This document shows positions 33,301-44,833 of a DNA stretch of 64,000 bases, piece after piece. Within the stretch, counting starts at the first letter, position 1. Each line of letters opens with the position of its first letter. Source of the stretch: Macrostomum lignano (lineage: Eukaryota); the NCBI GenBank assembly GCA_002269645.1, contig NIVC01000297.1, forward strand, positions 124,001 to 188,000. The letters are read 5' to 3'. The notes beneath the pieces were generated by a model, which saw only the letters and a program-made list of their open reading frames with translations, ran no database searches and was not told where the DNA came from. Position numbers and translations under genes: made by a program.

Positions 33301-36300
33301 CAGACACACAATCTACCATTGTCTGCCTCCAAAACCATACACACAATCTACCATTGTCTGCCTCCAAAACCATACACACAATCTACCATTGTCTGCCTCC
33401 AAAACCATACACACAATCTACCATTGTCTGCCTCCAAAACCGTACACACAATCTACCATTGTCTGCCTCCAAAACCATACACACAATCTACCATTGTCTG
33501 CCTCCAAAACCATACACACAATCTACCATTGTCTGCCTCCAAAACCAGACACACAATCTACCATTGTCTGCCTCCAAAACCATAGACACAATCTACCATT
33601 GTCTGCCTCCAAAACCATACACACAATCTACCATTGTCTGCCTCCAAAACCAGACACACAATCTACCATTGTCTGCCTCCAAAACCAGACACACAATCTA
33701 CCATTGTCTGCCTCCAAAACCATACACACAATCTACCATTGTCTGCCTCCAAAACCATACACACAATCTACCATTGTCTGCCTCCAAAACCATACACACA
33801 ATCTACCATTGTCTGCCTCCAAAACCATACACACAATCTACCATTGTCTGCCTCCAAAACCATACACACAATCTACCATTGTCTGCCTCCAAAACCATAC
33901 ACACAATCTACCATTGTCTGCCTCCAAAACCAGACACACAATCTACCATTGTCTGCCTCCAAAACCATACACACAATCTACCATTGTCTGCCTCCAAAAC
34001 CAGACACACAATCTACCATTGTCTGCCTCCAAAACCATACACACAATCTACCATTGTCTGCCTCCAAAACCATAGACACAATCTACCATTGTCTGCCTCC
34101 AAAACCATACACAACATCTACCATTGTCTGCCTCCAAAACCATACACACAATCTACCATTGTCTGCCTCCAAAACCAGACACACAATCTACCATTGTCTG
34201 CCTCCAAAACCATACACACAATCTACCATTGTCTGCCTCCAAAACCATAGACACAATCTACCATTGTCTGCCTCCATAACCATACACACAATCTACCATT
34301 GTCTGCCTCCAAAACCAGACACACAATCTACCATTGTCTGCCTCCAAAACCAGACACACAATCTACCATTGTCTGCCTCCAAAACCATACACACAATCTA
34401 CCATTGTCTGCCTCCAAAACCATACACACAATCTACCATTGTCTGCCTCCAAAACCATACACACAATCTACCATTGTCTGCCTCCAAAACCAGACACACA
34501 ATCTACCATTGTCTGCCTCCAAAACCATACACACAATCTACCATTGTCTGCCTCCAAAACCATACACACAATCTACCATTGTCTGCCTCCAAAACCATAC
34601 ACACAATCTACCATTGTCTGCCTCCAAAACCATACACACAATCTACCATTGTCTGCCTCCAAAACCAGACACACAATCTACCATTGTCTGCCTCCAAAAC
34701 CATACACACAATCTACCATTGTCTGCCTCCAAAACCATAGACACAATCTACCATTGTCTGCCTCCAAAACCATACACACAATCTACCATTGTCTGCCTCC
34801 AAAACCAGACACACAATCTACCATTGTCTGCCTCCAAAACCATACACACAATCTACCATTGTCTGCCTCCAAAACCATACACAACATCTACCATTGTCTG
34901 CCTCCAAAACCATACACACAATCTACCATTGTCTGCCTCCAAAACCGTACACACAATCTACCATTGTCTGCCTCCAAAACCATACACAACATCTACCATT
35001 GTCTGCCTCCAAAACCATACACACAATCTACCATTGTCTGCCTCCAAAACCGTACACACAATCTACCATTGTCTGCCTCCAAAACCATACACACAATCTA
35101 CCATTGTCTGCCTCCAAAACCGTACACACAAACTACCATTGTCTGCCTCCAAAACCAGACACACAATCTACCATTGTCTGCCTCCAAAACCGTACACACA
35201 ATCTACCATTGTCTGCCTCCAAAACCATACACACAATCTACCATTGTCTGCCTCCAAAACCATACACACAATCTACCATTGTCTGCCTCCAAAACCATAC
35301 ACACAATCTACCATTGTCTGCCTCCAAAACCATACACACAATCTACCATTGTCTGCCTCCAAAACCATACACACAATCTACCATTGTCTGCCTCCAAAAC
35401 CGTACACACAAACTACCATTGTCTGCCTCCAAAACCAGACACACAATCTACCATTGTCTGCCTCCAAAACCGTACACACAATCTACCATTGTCTGCCTCC
35501 AAAACCAGACACACAATCTACCATTGTCTGCCTCCAAAACCATACACACAATCTACCATTGTCTGCCTCCAAAACCAGACACACAATCTACCATTGTCTG
35601 CCTCCAAAACCATACACACAATCTACCATTGTCTGCCTCCAAAACCGTACACACAAACTACCATTGTCTGCCTCCAAAACCAGACACACAATCTACCATT
35701 GTCTGCCTCCAAAACCGTACACACAATCTACCATTGTCTGCCTCCAAAACCAGACACACAATCTACCATTGTCTGCCTCCAAAACCATACACACAATCTA
35801 CCATTGTCTGCCTCCAAAACCATACACACAATCTACCATTGTCTGCCTCCAAAACCATACACACAATCTACCATTGTCTGCCTCCAAAACCGTACACACA
35901 ATCTACCATTGTCTGCCTCCAAAACCATACACACAATCTACCATTGTCTGCCTCCAAAACCATACACACAATCTACCATTGTCTGCCTCCAAAACCAGAC
36001 ACACAATCTACCATTGTCTGCCTCCAAAACCAGACACACAATCTACCATTGTCTGCCTCCAAAACCATACACACAATCTACCATTGTCTGCCTCCAAAAC
36101 CAGACACACAATCTACCATTGTCTGCCTCCAAAACCAGACACACAATCTACCATTGTCTGCCTCCAAAACCAGACACACAATCTACCATTGTCTGCCTCC
36201 AAAACCATACACACAATCTACCATTGTCTGCCTCCAAAACCAGACACACAATCTACCATTGCTGGGCAGAGAAGGGTCACAAGCCACAGCAAACAGGGGG

Positions 36301-37394
36301 GGGGGATCACGTAGCGGACTCGTGCTGCATTTAGCGTCCCACAATGCCAGAAGACTGAGCAATAGTTTTCACAACTGGCCAATCAGCCAGCGTCAAATAT
36401 ACACTTATAATTTTTAATCCCGTTTTAATTTCTAATAGTTGTAGGAATTTATTTAAGCTGCTGCAGAAGCAGAAGAGCCGCTCAGTTGTGAGGCTTTCAG
36501 CCCAGAGCACCAATTGGCCAGCGTGCTCATTCTGCCAGCCCCGACCCGGCGCATGCACTTGTCATGCTGGTGTAGTCGCTCGCTCTCAACAGCTGACCTG
36601 CCTCACCAACGCATCCTCTCAATGGCGGTGCATGGATGGACTCTGAAATTACTTGACTGAGAATACGATTGGAATTCAAGTGGGAATCCAATCAAAGCAA
36701 TCTTTTAACTTATACTCCAATAAAATGCTCCAAGAAAATGAGCAATAGTACTGTAGAATCGACTGAGTTATTGGCACATTCTGTGTAAAAGTACAAATAA
36801 AAATGACTAGAAACAATGACTGAGATAAGAAAGTTTGCAAAACTGTGTTTGGGGAGGAATTTCTGCTTTAGATTAAAGACAAAGATCTTCTTGGCTTAGT
36901 TAGTTAGAATCTATTTAGTTACCGGTAGTATTGGGTCACAATGGCAGTTTAATGGAGTTTATTAGTGGTAAATACGCGTCTTTTTTGTTTGTTTGGCCTC
37001 ACATCTATTAGAAAGCACACACTATTTATATTTAGGCGACAGTCATTACAGCGAAAACTTGCCGGATGCGGATTTCTTTGCATCAAAAGGAACCGATAGC
37101 AGGGTAAAAAGATAAGATAAAACGTGGCTCACACGAGCAAGCATTGCTTCAAAAGGCTTAGAAAAGGCAAAATGGTCACCCTGCAGCAGAATGGTTTGCA
37201 CGGACGCGCCCAGTTACTCAGCATGCAGAGATTGCATCTCCAGCAATAACAAAACATATCCTCTTGACCTTTAAATCAAAATAAAAACTCTGCACTGGCT
37301 ACCTAGAGGCCAGAGCTGATGGGGGGCTGTCGTCATTACTTTTTTTAGACAGTGAGAGAGCAAGCCTTGCACTGCTGCCGTCCCAGGGCTGTTC

Positions 37395-37868
37395 AGGGAG
37401 TAGCGGCACTCTGTGGTAGCACTGGCAGGGAGTAGCGGCACTCTATGGTAGCACTGGCAGGGAGTAGCGGCACTCTGTGGTAGCACTGGCAGGGAGTAGC
37501 GGCACTCTGTGGTAGGACTGGCAGGGAGTAGCGGCACTCTGTGGTAGCACTGGCAGGGAGAAGCGGCACTCTATGGTACATGTAGCACTGGCAGGGAGTA
37601 GCGGCACTCTATGGTACATGTAGCACTGGCAGGGAGTAGCGGCACTCTATGGTACATGTAGCACTGGCAGGGAGTAGCGGCACTCTGTGGTAGCACTGGC
37701 AGGGAGTAGCGGCACTCTGTGGTAGGACTGGAAGGGAGTAGTGGCACTCTGTGGTAGGACTGGCAGGAAGAAGCGGCACTCTATGGTACATGTAGCACTG
37801 GCAGGGAGTAGCGGCACTCTATGGTACATGTAGCACTGGCAGGGAGTAGCGGCACTCCGTGGTAGGAC
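37395..37868. repeat. ~30-38-bp minisatellite (GGCAGGGAGTAGCGGCACTCTGTGGTAGCACT)
   Basis: About 14 copies, some with a TACATG insertion. Confidence 0.92.
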
Positions 37869-38426
37869 TTTTCAGGTTTTTGACATCGCCGCGCAGATTG
37901 GACGAGCAAGACTTGAAAGAGAAAATACAACGTTTCTGAAACTGGCAGAGGGATTTCGCGGAAAACTTCGCTGGTTATTTAAGATGTTCTCAGCGAATGA
38001 TAGGATAAGTTTTTGGCGGAGTTGGTTATTGAGTGAGTCCAGCTGCTGCTGTCGCTTTTGCTGCTCGGATTTTTCGATTTCTGGACGCCATTCGGGCAGG
38101 TCGGTGAGTTGCTGTCATCAAATAGCACGGTGCATTTCTGTTTTATGACCGGTATTGAAGACTTGAGAAGTCAAACTTTTACACGCGAGCATGAGGTCGC
38201 TGTCAGCCCAATGACCAATCAGAGCTGGATCATTTCTGCCAGCATCTGAGAGTTAACACAAGCCCTCTCAGCTTTATAGCCAGCATCAATGCGAATTGGA
38301 AAATTCTTTTCGATTAGCTCATGCCATCTCACCGAAAGCGCGCGCCCAGCCAGCATTTTGGACTTGCGCCTCACTGTGGCTGGGGAAGACTGAATTAGCG
38401 CCACGTATTGACTGCAGGCAACTGAA

Positions 38427-39287
38427 GTGGCAGAAGTGCGCAGTGTTCCATCCTGGCATAAGCGCGCATTGGCAGAAGTGCGCAATGTTCCATGCTGGCA
38501 TAAGCGCGCATTGGCAGAAGTGCGCAATGTTCCATCCTGGCATAAGCGCGCATTGGCAGAAGTGCGCAATGTTCCATGCTGGCATAAGCGCGCATTGGCA
38601 GAAGTGCGCAATGCTCCATGCTGGCATAAGCGCGCATTGGCAGAAGTGCGCAATGCTCCATGCTGGCATAAGCATGCATTGGCAGAAGTGCGCAATGCTC
38701 CATGCTGGCATAAGCATGCATTGGCAGAAGTGCGCAATGTTCCATGCTGGCATAAGCGCGCATTGGCAGAAGTGCGCAATGCTCCATGCTGGCATAAGCA
38801 TGCATTGGCAGAAGTGCGCAATGCTCCATGCTGGCATAAGCGCGCATTGGCAGAAGTGCGCAATGTTCCATGCTGGCATAAGCGCGCATTGGTAGAAGTG
38901 CGCAATGTTCCATGCTGGCATAAGCGCGCATTGGCAGAAGTGCGCAATGTTCCATCCTGGCATAAGCGCGCATTGGCAGAAGTGCGCAATGTTCCATGCT
39001 GGCATAAGCGCGCATTGGCAGAAGTGCGCAATGCTCCATGCTGGCATAAGCGCGCATTGGCAGAAGTGCGCAATGCTCCATGCTGGCATAAGCATGCATT
39101 GGCAGAAGTGCGCAATGCTCCATGCTGGCATAAGCATGCATTGGCAGAAGTGCGCAATGCTCCATGCTGGCATAAGCATGCATTGGCAGAAGTGCGCAAT
39201 GTTCCATGCTGGCATAAGCGCGCATTGGCAGAAGTGCGCAATGCTCCATGCTGGCATAAGCATGCATTGGCAGAAGTGCGCAATGCT
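38427..39287. repeat. 42-bp minisatellite x~20
   Basis: Unit TGGCAGAAGTGCGCAATGTTCCATGCTGGCATAAGCGCGCAT. Confidence 0.96.
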
Positions 39288-39389
39288 TAAGCGCGCTTGT
39301 GTCGCTAAAACGCACGTCAAACTGGGAGAAAGAACTACCTTTGCTTTTACGGATAGTTGAAACAGAAAAAAGCAAATAATCCCATCAAA

Positions 39390-39490
39390 GAAACACAAGC
39401 TCCGAAACACAAGCTCTGAAACACAAGCTCCGAAACACAAGCTCTGAAACACAAGCTCCGAAACACAAGCTCCGAAACACAAGCTCTGAA
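39390..39490. repeat. 15-bp tandem repeat (GAAACACAAGCTCC/T) x~7
   Basis: Directly visible. Confidence 0.92.
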
Positions 39491-39849
39491 GCTTTGCGAT
39501 ATCCGGATTGTGATGTCCGGGTCAAAGAACAATAATGTATTAAAAAATGATTTTATGAAGCAAAAAGATCAAGTGAAAGTGTTTCAAGGAGGTAAAATGA
39601 TGAGTTGGGAATAATTTTAAATGTTTCTAAATACTAATGTGGTGAATGAATGCCCTGCTAAGCTCGTATTTATTGGTCATTGTCCTTTGGTTGGTCACCC
39701 CCCTTCGATCCTCCCTCAAAAAAATTTCATATACCGAATCTTCGATAGACCCCCATGCCTCTATCGAATTTTAGGTGTAAAAAATCAATCCCCATGCAGA
39801 ATCTCCCCACCCTAAACCCCCATTCCCCATGCCCATGTATTCCCATGAG

Positions 39850-40430
39850 TGGCTTTAAGCGACTCTTCGCTGTAGAATCGCGCGGTAAGGAGGCCATGTG
39901 ACATGACTCGACATGCAGTGTTTTGATCTTTTCCCTGACTTCATCCTCCGTAAAGAGCACACGCCGCTCTGGGCGCCTTTTCTTGCCGCAGTTCCGCTTT
40001 CCCTTTGTAAAAAATGACCGTCTTGGAAGGCAAGGCTTTACTTTTCTCCTACCAAGTAGGAATTCCCGCCCCTCTGACAATTTTTTTCCATAAGCGCCAG
40101 TTTATTCAGTGCACCCCTGTGCGCCAATCAGCCCTGCCCCTCAGTGCAGCCTTGCCAAGCCTCCAAATTTCATCAGCACGTCGACAACATGCGTCTGCAT
40201 CAGCTTTGATTTCGTTGGTCACTGACCTTCACCCAGGCGGAGCTTCTGGACCTTCAGCAGGTGGCACCATGTGATTATGAACCCCCTGATTTCTCAAGTT
40301 TCGCTGATCAAGCCTCGACTGTTCTGGAAAAAATCCGACCTTCTGACATAATCGTCGAATATCTTGACGGTCCGGAGGGCTGGTGACTTGATTCTTGATT
40401 GAGAAGGTGCGCAACAACAACACGCACGGA
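39850..40430 (-). mobile_element. Decayed Gypsy-like-integrase (GIN/Ginger-type) transposon fragment
   Basis: RRVLFTEDEVREKIKTLHVESCH resembles the pre-HHCC segment of GIN1/Ginger integrases (recalled similarity); a second diverged copy lies at 13557-13877. Confidence 0.4.
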
Positions 40431-40870
40431 GACTGCAAAGCCTAACACTGAAACACTCTATTTTTTCCATCTTGAGTAGTCAATTTCAGATCAGTAAATT
40501 TTTCCACAAGAAGAGGAGAGAATAAAATCAGAACGTTGTGGGGCGGAGGTGGGGCACAGGTGTGGCGGACTACGAGCCATGACTGACTGATGAAGGCAAA
40601 CAAACCGGAGCCTGGTCTGCTTGAGCGGATTTGAGAGACAGAAGCTGGAGGGAAACACTTGCCAGTTTCCACCCCCTATTTGAGTTTTGTAGCGTATCGA
40701 TTGATTAGATTTCTTGCCGACTACATGGGATGGTCCGAGTTTACCAACCTCGCGAGTTTATCTCTGGGAGGAATATTTTGAAGAAATCTTGAAGTGACTC
40801 GCGTCCCGTATTTCAACAAGTGTCATTTTCAAACTGCAGTTCGTATTTGCTAGATAAACAGTATAGGTTT

Positions 40871-41416
40871 CTCATTCTAACTCAGCCAACGAGCAGCCAA
40901 TCTCAGCCAGACGATAGCACAAAGTGCTAGCCGTAAGTGGGTTTTGACCATAGACATGCTCTCTTTTTACAATCAAAGTCAGCCTACGAGCAATCTATCT
41001 CATCCAAATGGTCTATTTCAATGCCACGGTCTTCAAGCCACGCTAATGTGTTAAGTTTACATAAGGAAACTGATTGAATGTAAGTAAAAGAAACATTGAA
41101 CAACGCAATCTACCCTGCTTAGCGCCGGACGATCTTAATGAACTTTATTCCTAAAATACGCGATGCTGTGCTCAAAGGGTGGCCGTCCACCCAAGCAAAA
41201 GCAGATCGTCATTGAATGTTTGCAAGGACTGAGCCATGGAGAAAGACAAGATAAATGACAGAGCATGTCTGTTTGTGCTTTAGATGAGACAGATTACTCG
41301 TCGGCTGACTTTGATTGTAAAAAGAGAGCATGTCTATGGTCAAAACCCAGCTCCGGCTAACACTTTGTGCTATGAGCTGACTGAGACTGGTTGTTCGTAG
41401 GCAGAGTTAGAATGAG
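40871..41416. mobile_element. MITE-like element with ~135-bp imperfect TIRs
   Basis: 40871-41006 is approximately the reverse complement of 41279-41416, including a perfect core GGTTTTGACCATAGACATGCTCTCTTTTTACAATCAAAGTCAGCC. No TSD seen. Confidence 0.8.
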
Positions 41417-41674
41417 GCTCGCTCTGAGTGACGGTTATAAGTGCCGCACGCTAATGATTCAATGAGCGACATGTCGTTAGGCAAAATGCTTCATACTGTC
41501 TGTCTTCTCAACTCATCGCTTTACTTTGCTCATTCATCTTCACATTTTCTTGTTTCCATGGCAATTCCAGAGTGTTTTTCAAGCATAATGTGTATAAATT
41601 AAGGAACAGAATCCGCAGGGAGCGCGGACTGCAAAGGCATATTAACTAGAATAAGAAGCAGCAGAAGCCAAGTT

Positions 41675-43149
41675 ATGCACCTCGCTACTCTGACTGCCTG
41701 GGTCCTGCTGCTGCTGACATCTCTGTCGTTCGCCGCCGACCAGTACATGTACACCCCGGATCAGGCTGCCTGGGGAAGTGACGGAACAGCTTCAGACACA
41801 GCTTCCTCCTCTGCCATCCTTGACGCCCGCTCCGAAGTCGAATGCGCTGCCATGTGCGAGGCGATGAGCTCGGCCTGCTTCGGCGTTGTCTGGTGCTCGC
41901 CTGACCAATGCCGGCTGCTGGGCGACACCGCAGGAGCCCCGTCTGCTCTGCCAGCTGGCTGTCGAGTCTTGGCCCTGACCAGCCGGCGCCGGAGTGAGTC
42001 TTTGTCCATTTTGATGCCACAGACCTACGAGGGGTTCCTCAGCCGGAGTGATTCTTTATCCATTTTGATGCCACAAACCCCAGCGGATTCCTCAGTCGGA
42101 GTGAGTCTTTGTCCATTTTGATGCCACAGACCCCAGCGGATTCCTCAGTCGGAGTGAGTCTTTATCCATTTTGATGCCACAAACCCCAGCGGATTCCTCA
42201 GTCGGAGTGAGTCTTTGTCCATTTTGATGCCACAGACCCCAGCGGATTCCTCAGTCGGAGTGAGTCTTTATCCATTTTGATGCAACAAACCCCAGCGGAT
42301 TCCTCAGTCGGAGTGAGTCTTTGTCCATTTTGATGCCACAGACCCCAGCGGATTCCTCAGTCGGAGTGAGTCTTTGTCCATTTTGATGCAACAAACCCCA
42401 GCGGATTCCTCAGTCAGAGTGAGTCTTTGTCCATTTTGATGCCCCTGCGGGTTCCTCAACAGGAGTGAGTCTTTGTCCATGTCTTTTGTCCATTTTGATG
42501 TTTAGAGACCTTAGCAGTTCCTCGACGAATCCAGCCTCAATGTCTTGAAGCTCTAAGATTTTATCTCCCTCAAAATTCTTGCCAGTAAGCGGCGGCTGGT
42601 GCTCCTGGAGCGGCTGGTCTGCCTGGACGCCTGCCTGTCACGTCGGATCGAAACGGCGCACCCGCCAGTGCCAGTGCCCGGAGCCGCAGGCGGCGGCAGC
42701 GAAATGCAACGGCCCATCGGCGAATGAACTGTTCATCGGCTGGTGCGCCTGGAAAGGCTGGAGCTCGTGGAGCTCGGGTAGGACGCGATATTATAGATAC
42801 TTCTATAATAACATCTTCCGTTTAAAATTTTCGGATATCCGTACACCGCAACTTCACAGGGTGCAATAGGAACCAGCAGCGCAGAAGGAAGAGAGACTGC
42901 AGCTGCCTCATCGAACCGGTGCCGAGCCCGCTGGCCAAGTCTTCGCAGCAGCAGACCAGATTTATTGGCTGGTGCCCGTGGAGCCCCTGGAGCAGCTGGT
43001 CCAGCTGGGATAAAAGCGATTGTGGCTACAAATGGGGCAGGAAGAAGCAGAGGACGCGCGACCGCGCTTGCGACTGCACTGTTACCCAGACTGCGACTCC
43101 GAGCACAGCAGCTTCGGAAACCGAGAATTCGGACTGCCGATATGGTTGA
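41675..43149 (+). CDS. Secreted PAN/Apple-domain + three TSP1-like repeat protein, 266 aa; exons 41675-41993, 42586-42777, 42860-43149
   Basis: Signal peptide MHLATLTAWVLLLLTSLSFA, PAN-like ARSEVECAAMC...CFGVVW...CRLL, and WxxWxxW + RxRxC motifs three times. GT-AG phase-1 introns give an open 801-nt CDS. Confidence 0.85.
41990..42480. repeat. 53-bp minisatellite containing copies of the 5' splice site
   Basis: Unit CGGAGTGAGTCTTTGTCCATTTTGATGCCACAGACCCCAGCGGATTCCTCAGT; GTGAGT at 41994, 42101, 42154, 42207, 42260, 42313, 42366, 42419 and 42465. Confidence 0.93.
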
Positions 43150-43329
43150 CGAATACACGGAGGAAATGAGCCGGCAAAGTGACTGGAGTGGTCAAGAAAT
43201 ATTTTAACGGAAACAATGACGATATTTCAGACAAAACGAGCTTGTCTGAATTTTGCTCTATCGGCCAAAATGCTTTAATTAAGCTTTAAAATGCTTTTTT
43301 AAAGTAAACTCCACTCGCTTGCAGCCCCT

Positions 43330-43900
43330 GTTAAACATTTATTTCTTGAAAAATGGTTTCCAGTTATCTGATGCGCATTTCGAATACAGTTCAGGGGGTC
43401 GTAGCCTAGTGCTAGCGCGGCGCTCTGATGTGCCAGCGGCCCACTCTGTTGTACTCGACACGAGGCCAGGAGAATTTGCTGAATGAATGATGCTCGGTTT
43501 TGCACCCCGGGCGTTGTTCTTTTCCGTTAAACCGCGGGAAAGGTGGCTGGCTTGGCTGGGGCGGGTGTGTGTGCTGGATCTGGTGCCTTGTCCACCGACC
43601 GTCGCAGCTCAGGCTCCTTTCTGCAGCCTTAGCAGTTCAATGCGCCGTCGGGTGAGATCGATCTCCGCATCCAGTGCCGCGCCACCCGAAGAGGTGTCGC
43701 CCCCCCCCCTTTGGACCGCCGGCTGCTCCCTCCATCGGACGAGTCGTCAGAATCCCTCAGTGGCTCTCTGTTGGAAGTCCTGCTCGCGGCATCAGCAGCT
43801 AGACGCTCGTTGAGAATCGCGTCGCACAGACGAGAACGTAGAGCGGCCTTGCTACCTTTCGTTGGCAGTTTGCGCGCCTGCAATGCCGTCTTTATTTATA
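43330..43900 (-). pseudogene. Retrotransposon gag N-terminal remnant with a SAP-like motif
   Basis: VPQL*IKTALQARKLPTKGSKAALRSRL (SAP consensus with an internal stop), followed by DAEIDLTRRRIELLRL (coiled segment typical of Gypsy gag); frameshifted. Confidence 0.5.
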
Positions 43901-44368
43901 GTTGAGGCACACTCAGATCGGTGACTGATTGCAGTTGAGTTGCGGTGGCCTTATCGATTGTGGCTGAGAATAAATATCTGAGCAAACGAGAACGTATAGG
44001 CAGGCGTACAAGCGGAGAAAAGAGTAAATATAGTAACAATTACTTGCAACTGAAAATGAAACTTGGCAGACTTCGGTCCGAGCACCCGATAAATACGAGT
44101 GCTGGCGTAGATGCTGCCGACGCAGTCATTCTTCTATTATAGTGTCACAGAAGTGTTTTTTCAAATCTTATAATTGAACACTAGAATTTTAAGTAATTAA
44201 ATAACACTAAACAAGGTAAATTAAAGAGTATGAATTTGGCAGTAACCATTTTTAATAAAAATAAAAGCTAATTTACATACATTTGTCTAAAAGATAAGGC
44301 AACGGCTACCTGGCAGGTGTAAATCTTAATTGGTCCTGATAATCTGACCGTCTACGAGCTTCATTATA

Positions 44369-44830
44369 CCGGTGTCCCAAAAGTTCCCGGAATCTTTGCC
44401 CTAGCTCCTCAGTACCTTGGCCAATTGTTATGTTTTATGTGTCAGACTAAAGATAATTTTTCAACGAAAGATGCAGAATTCGTCAGAAAGATGCAGAAGC
44501 GTCTATGGGTTTCATAAAACTTGCTGATCAGATCTTGCGTTGCCAGCGCTTGCTTATTCCATACCAAGTGCTTGCTTTTCGCTAAGAGTTCTCTCCATAG
44601 CCTTGAGAGTCAGCGGAGTCAATGATGAAAAAAGGATTGCGCAACACTAGTACTGACCTTCCTTCACAGTTCCTGGTGTAACTCTTTACCAAAACCAGAT
44701 AGAAAGGAAATTCATATGACAAGTTTTTCGTTGAAAAAATTTCTTTAGTCTGACACATACAACATAAAAATTGGTCAAGGTACTGAGGGGCTAAGGCAAA
44801 CATTCCGGGAACTTTTGGGACACCCCTCGG
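44369..44830. mobile_element. Tc1/mariner-type MITE with ~100-bp TIRs and TA TSD
   Basis: 44369-44470 is approximately the reverse complement of 44725-44830; termini CCG..GTGTCCCAAAAG; TA at 44367-44368 and 44831-44832. Confidence 0.8.
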
Positions 44831-44833
44831 TAG

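Larger units (their letters stand above)
27286..36261. repeat. 35-bp satellite (TCTACCATTGTCTGCCTCCAAAACCATACACACAA), ~130 units, interrupted by a Gypsy element
   Basis: Continuous array on both sides of 28915-33300; variant positions are shared between the two halves. Confidence 0.98.

Noticed and set aside
27388-36417. 350-670-aa repeat ORFs (HTIYHCLPPKP...)
   Set aside because: Translations of the 35-bp satellite, which lacks stops on the plus strand.
36330-38420. Short minus-strand exon-like segments between minisatellites
   Set aside because: Could not assemble or recognise a product; left unannotated.
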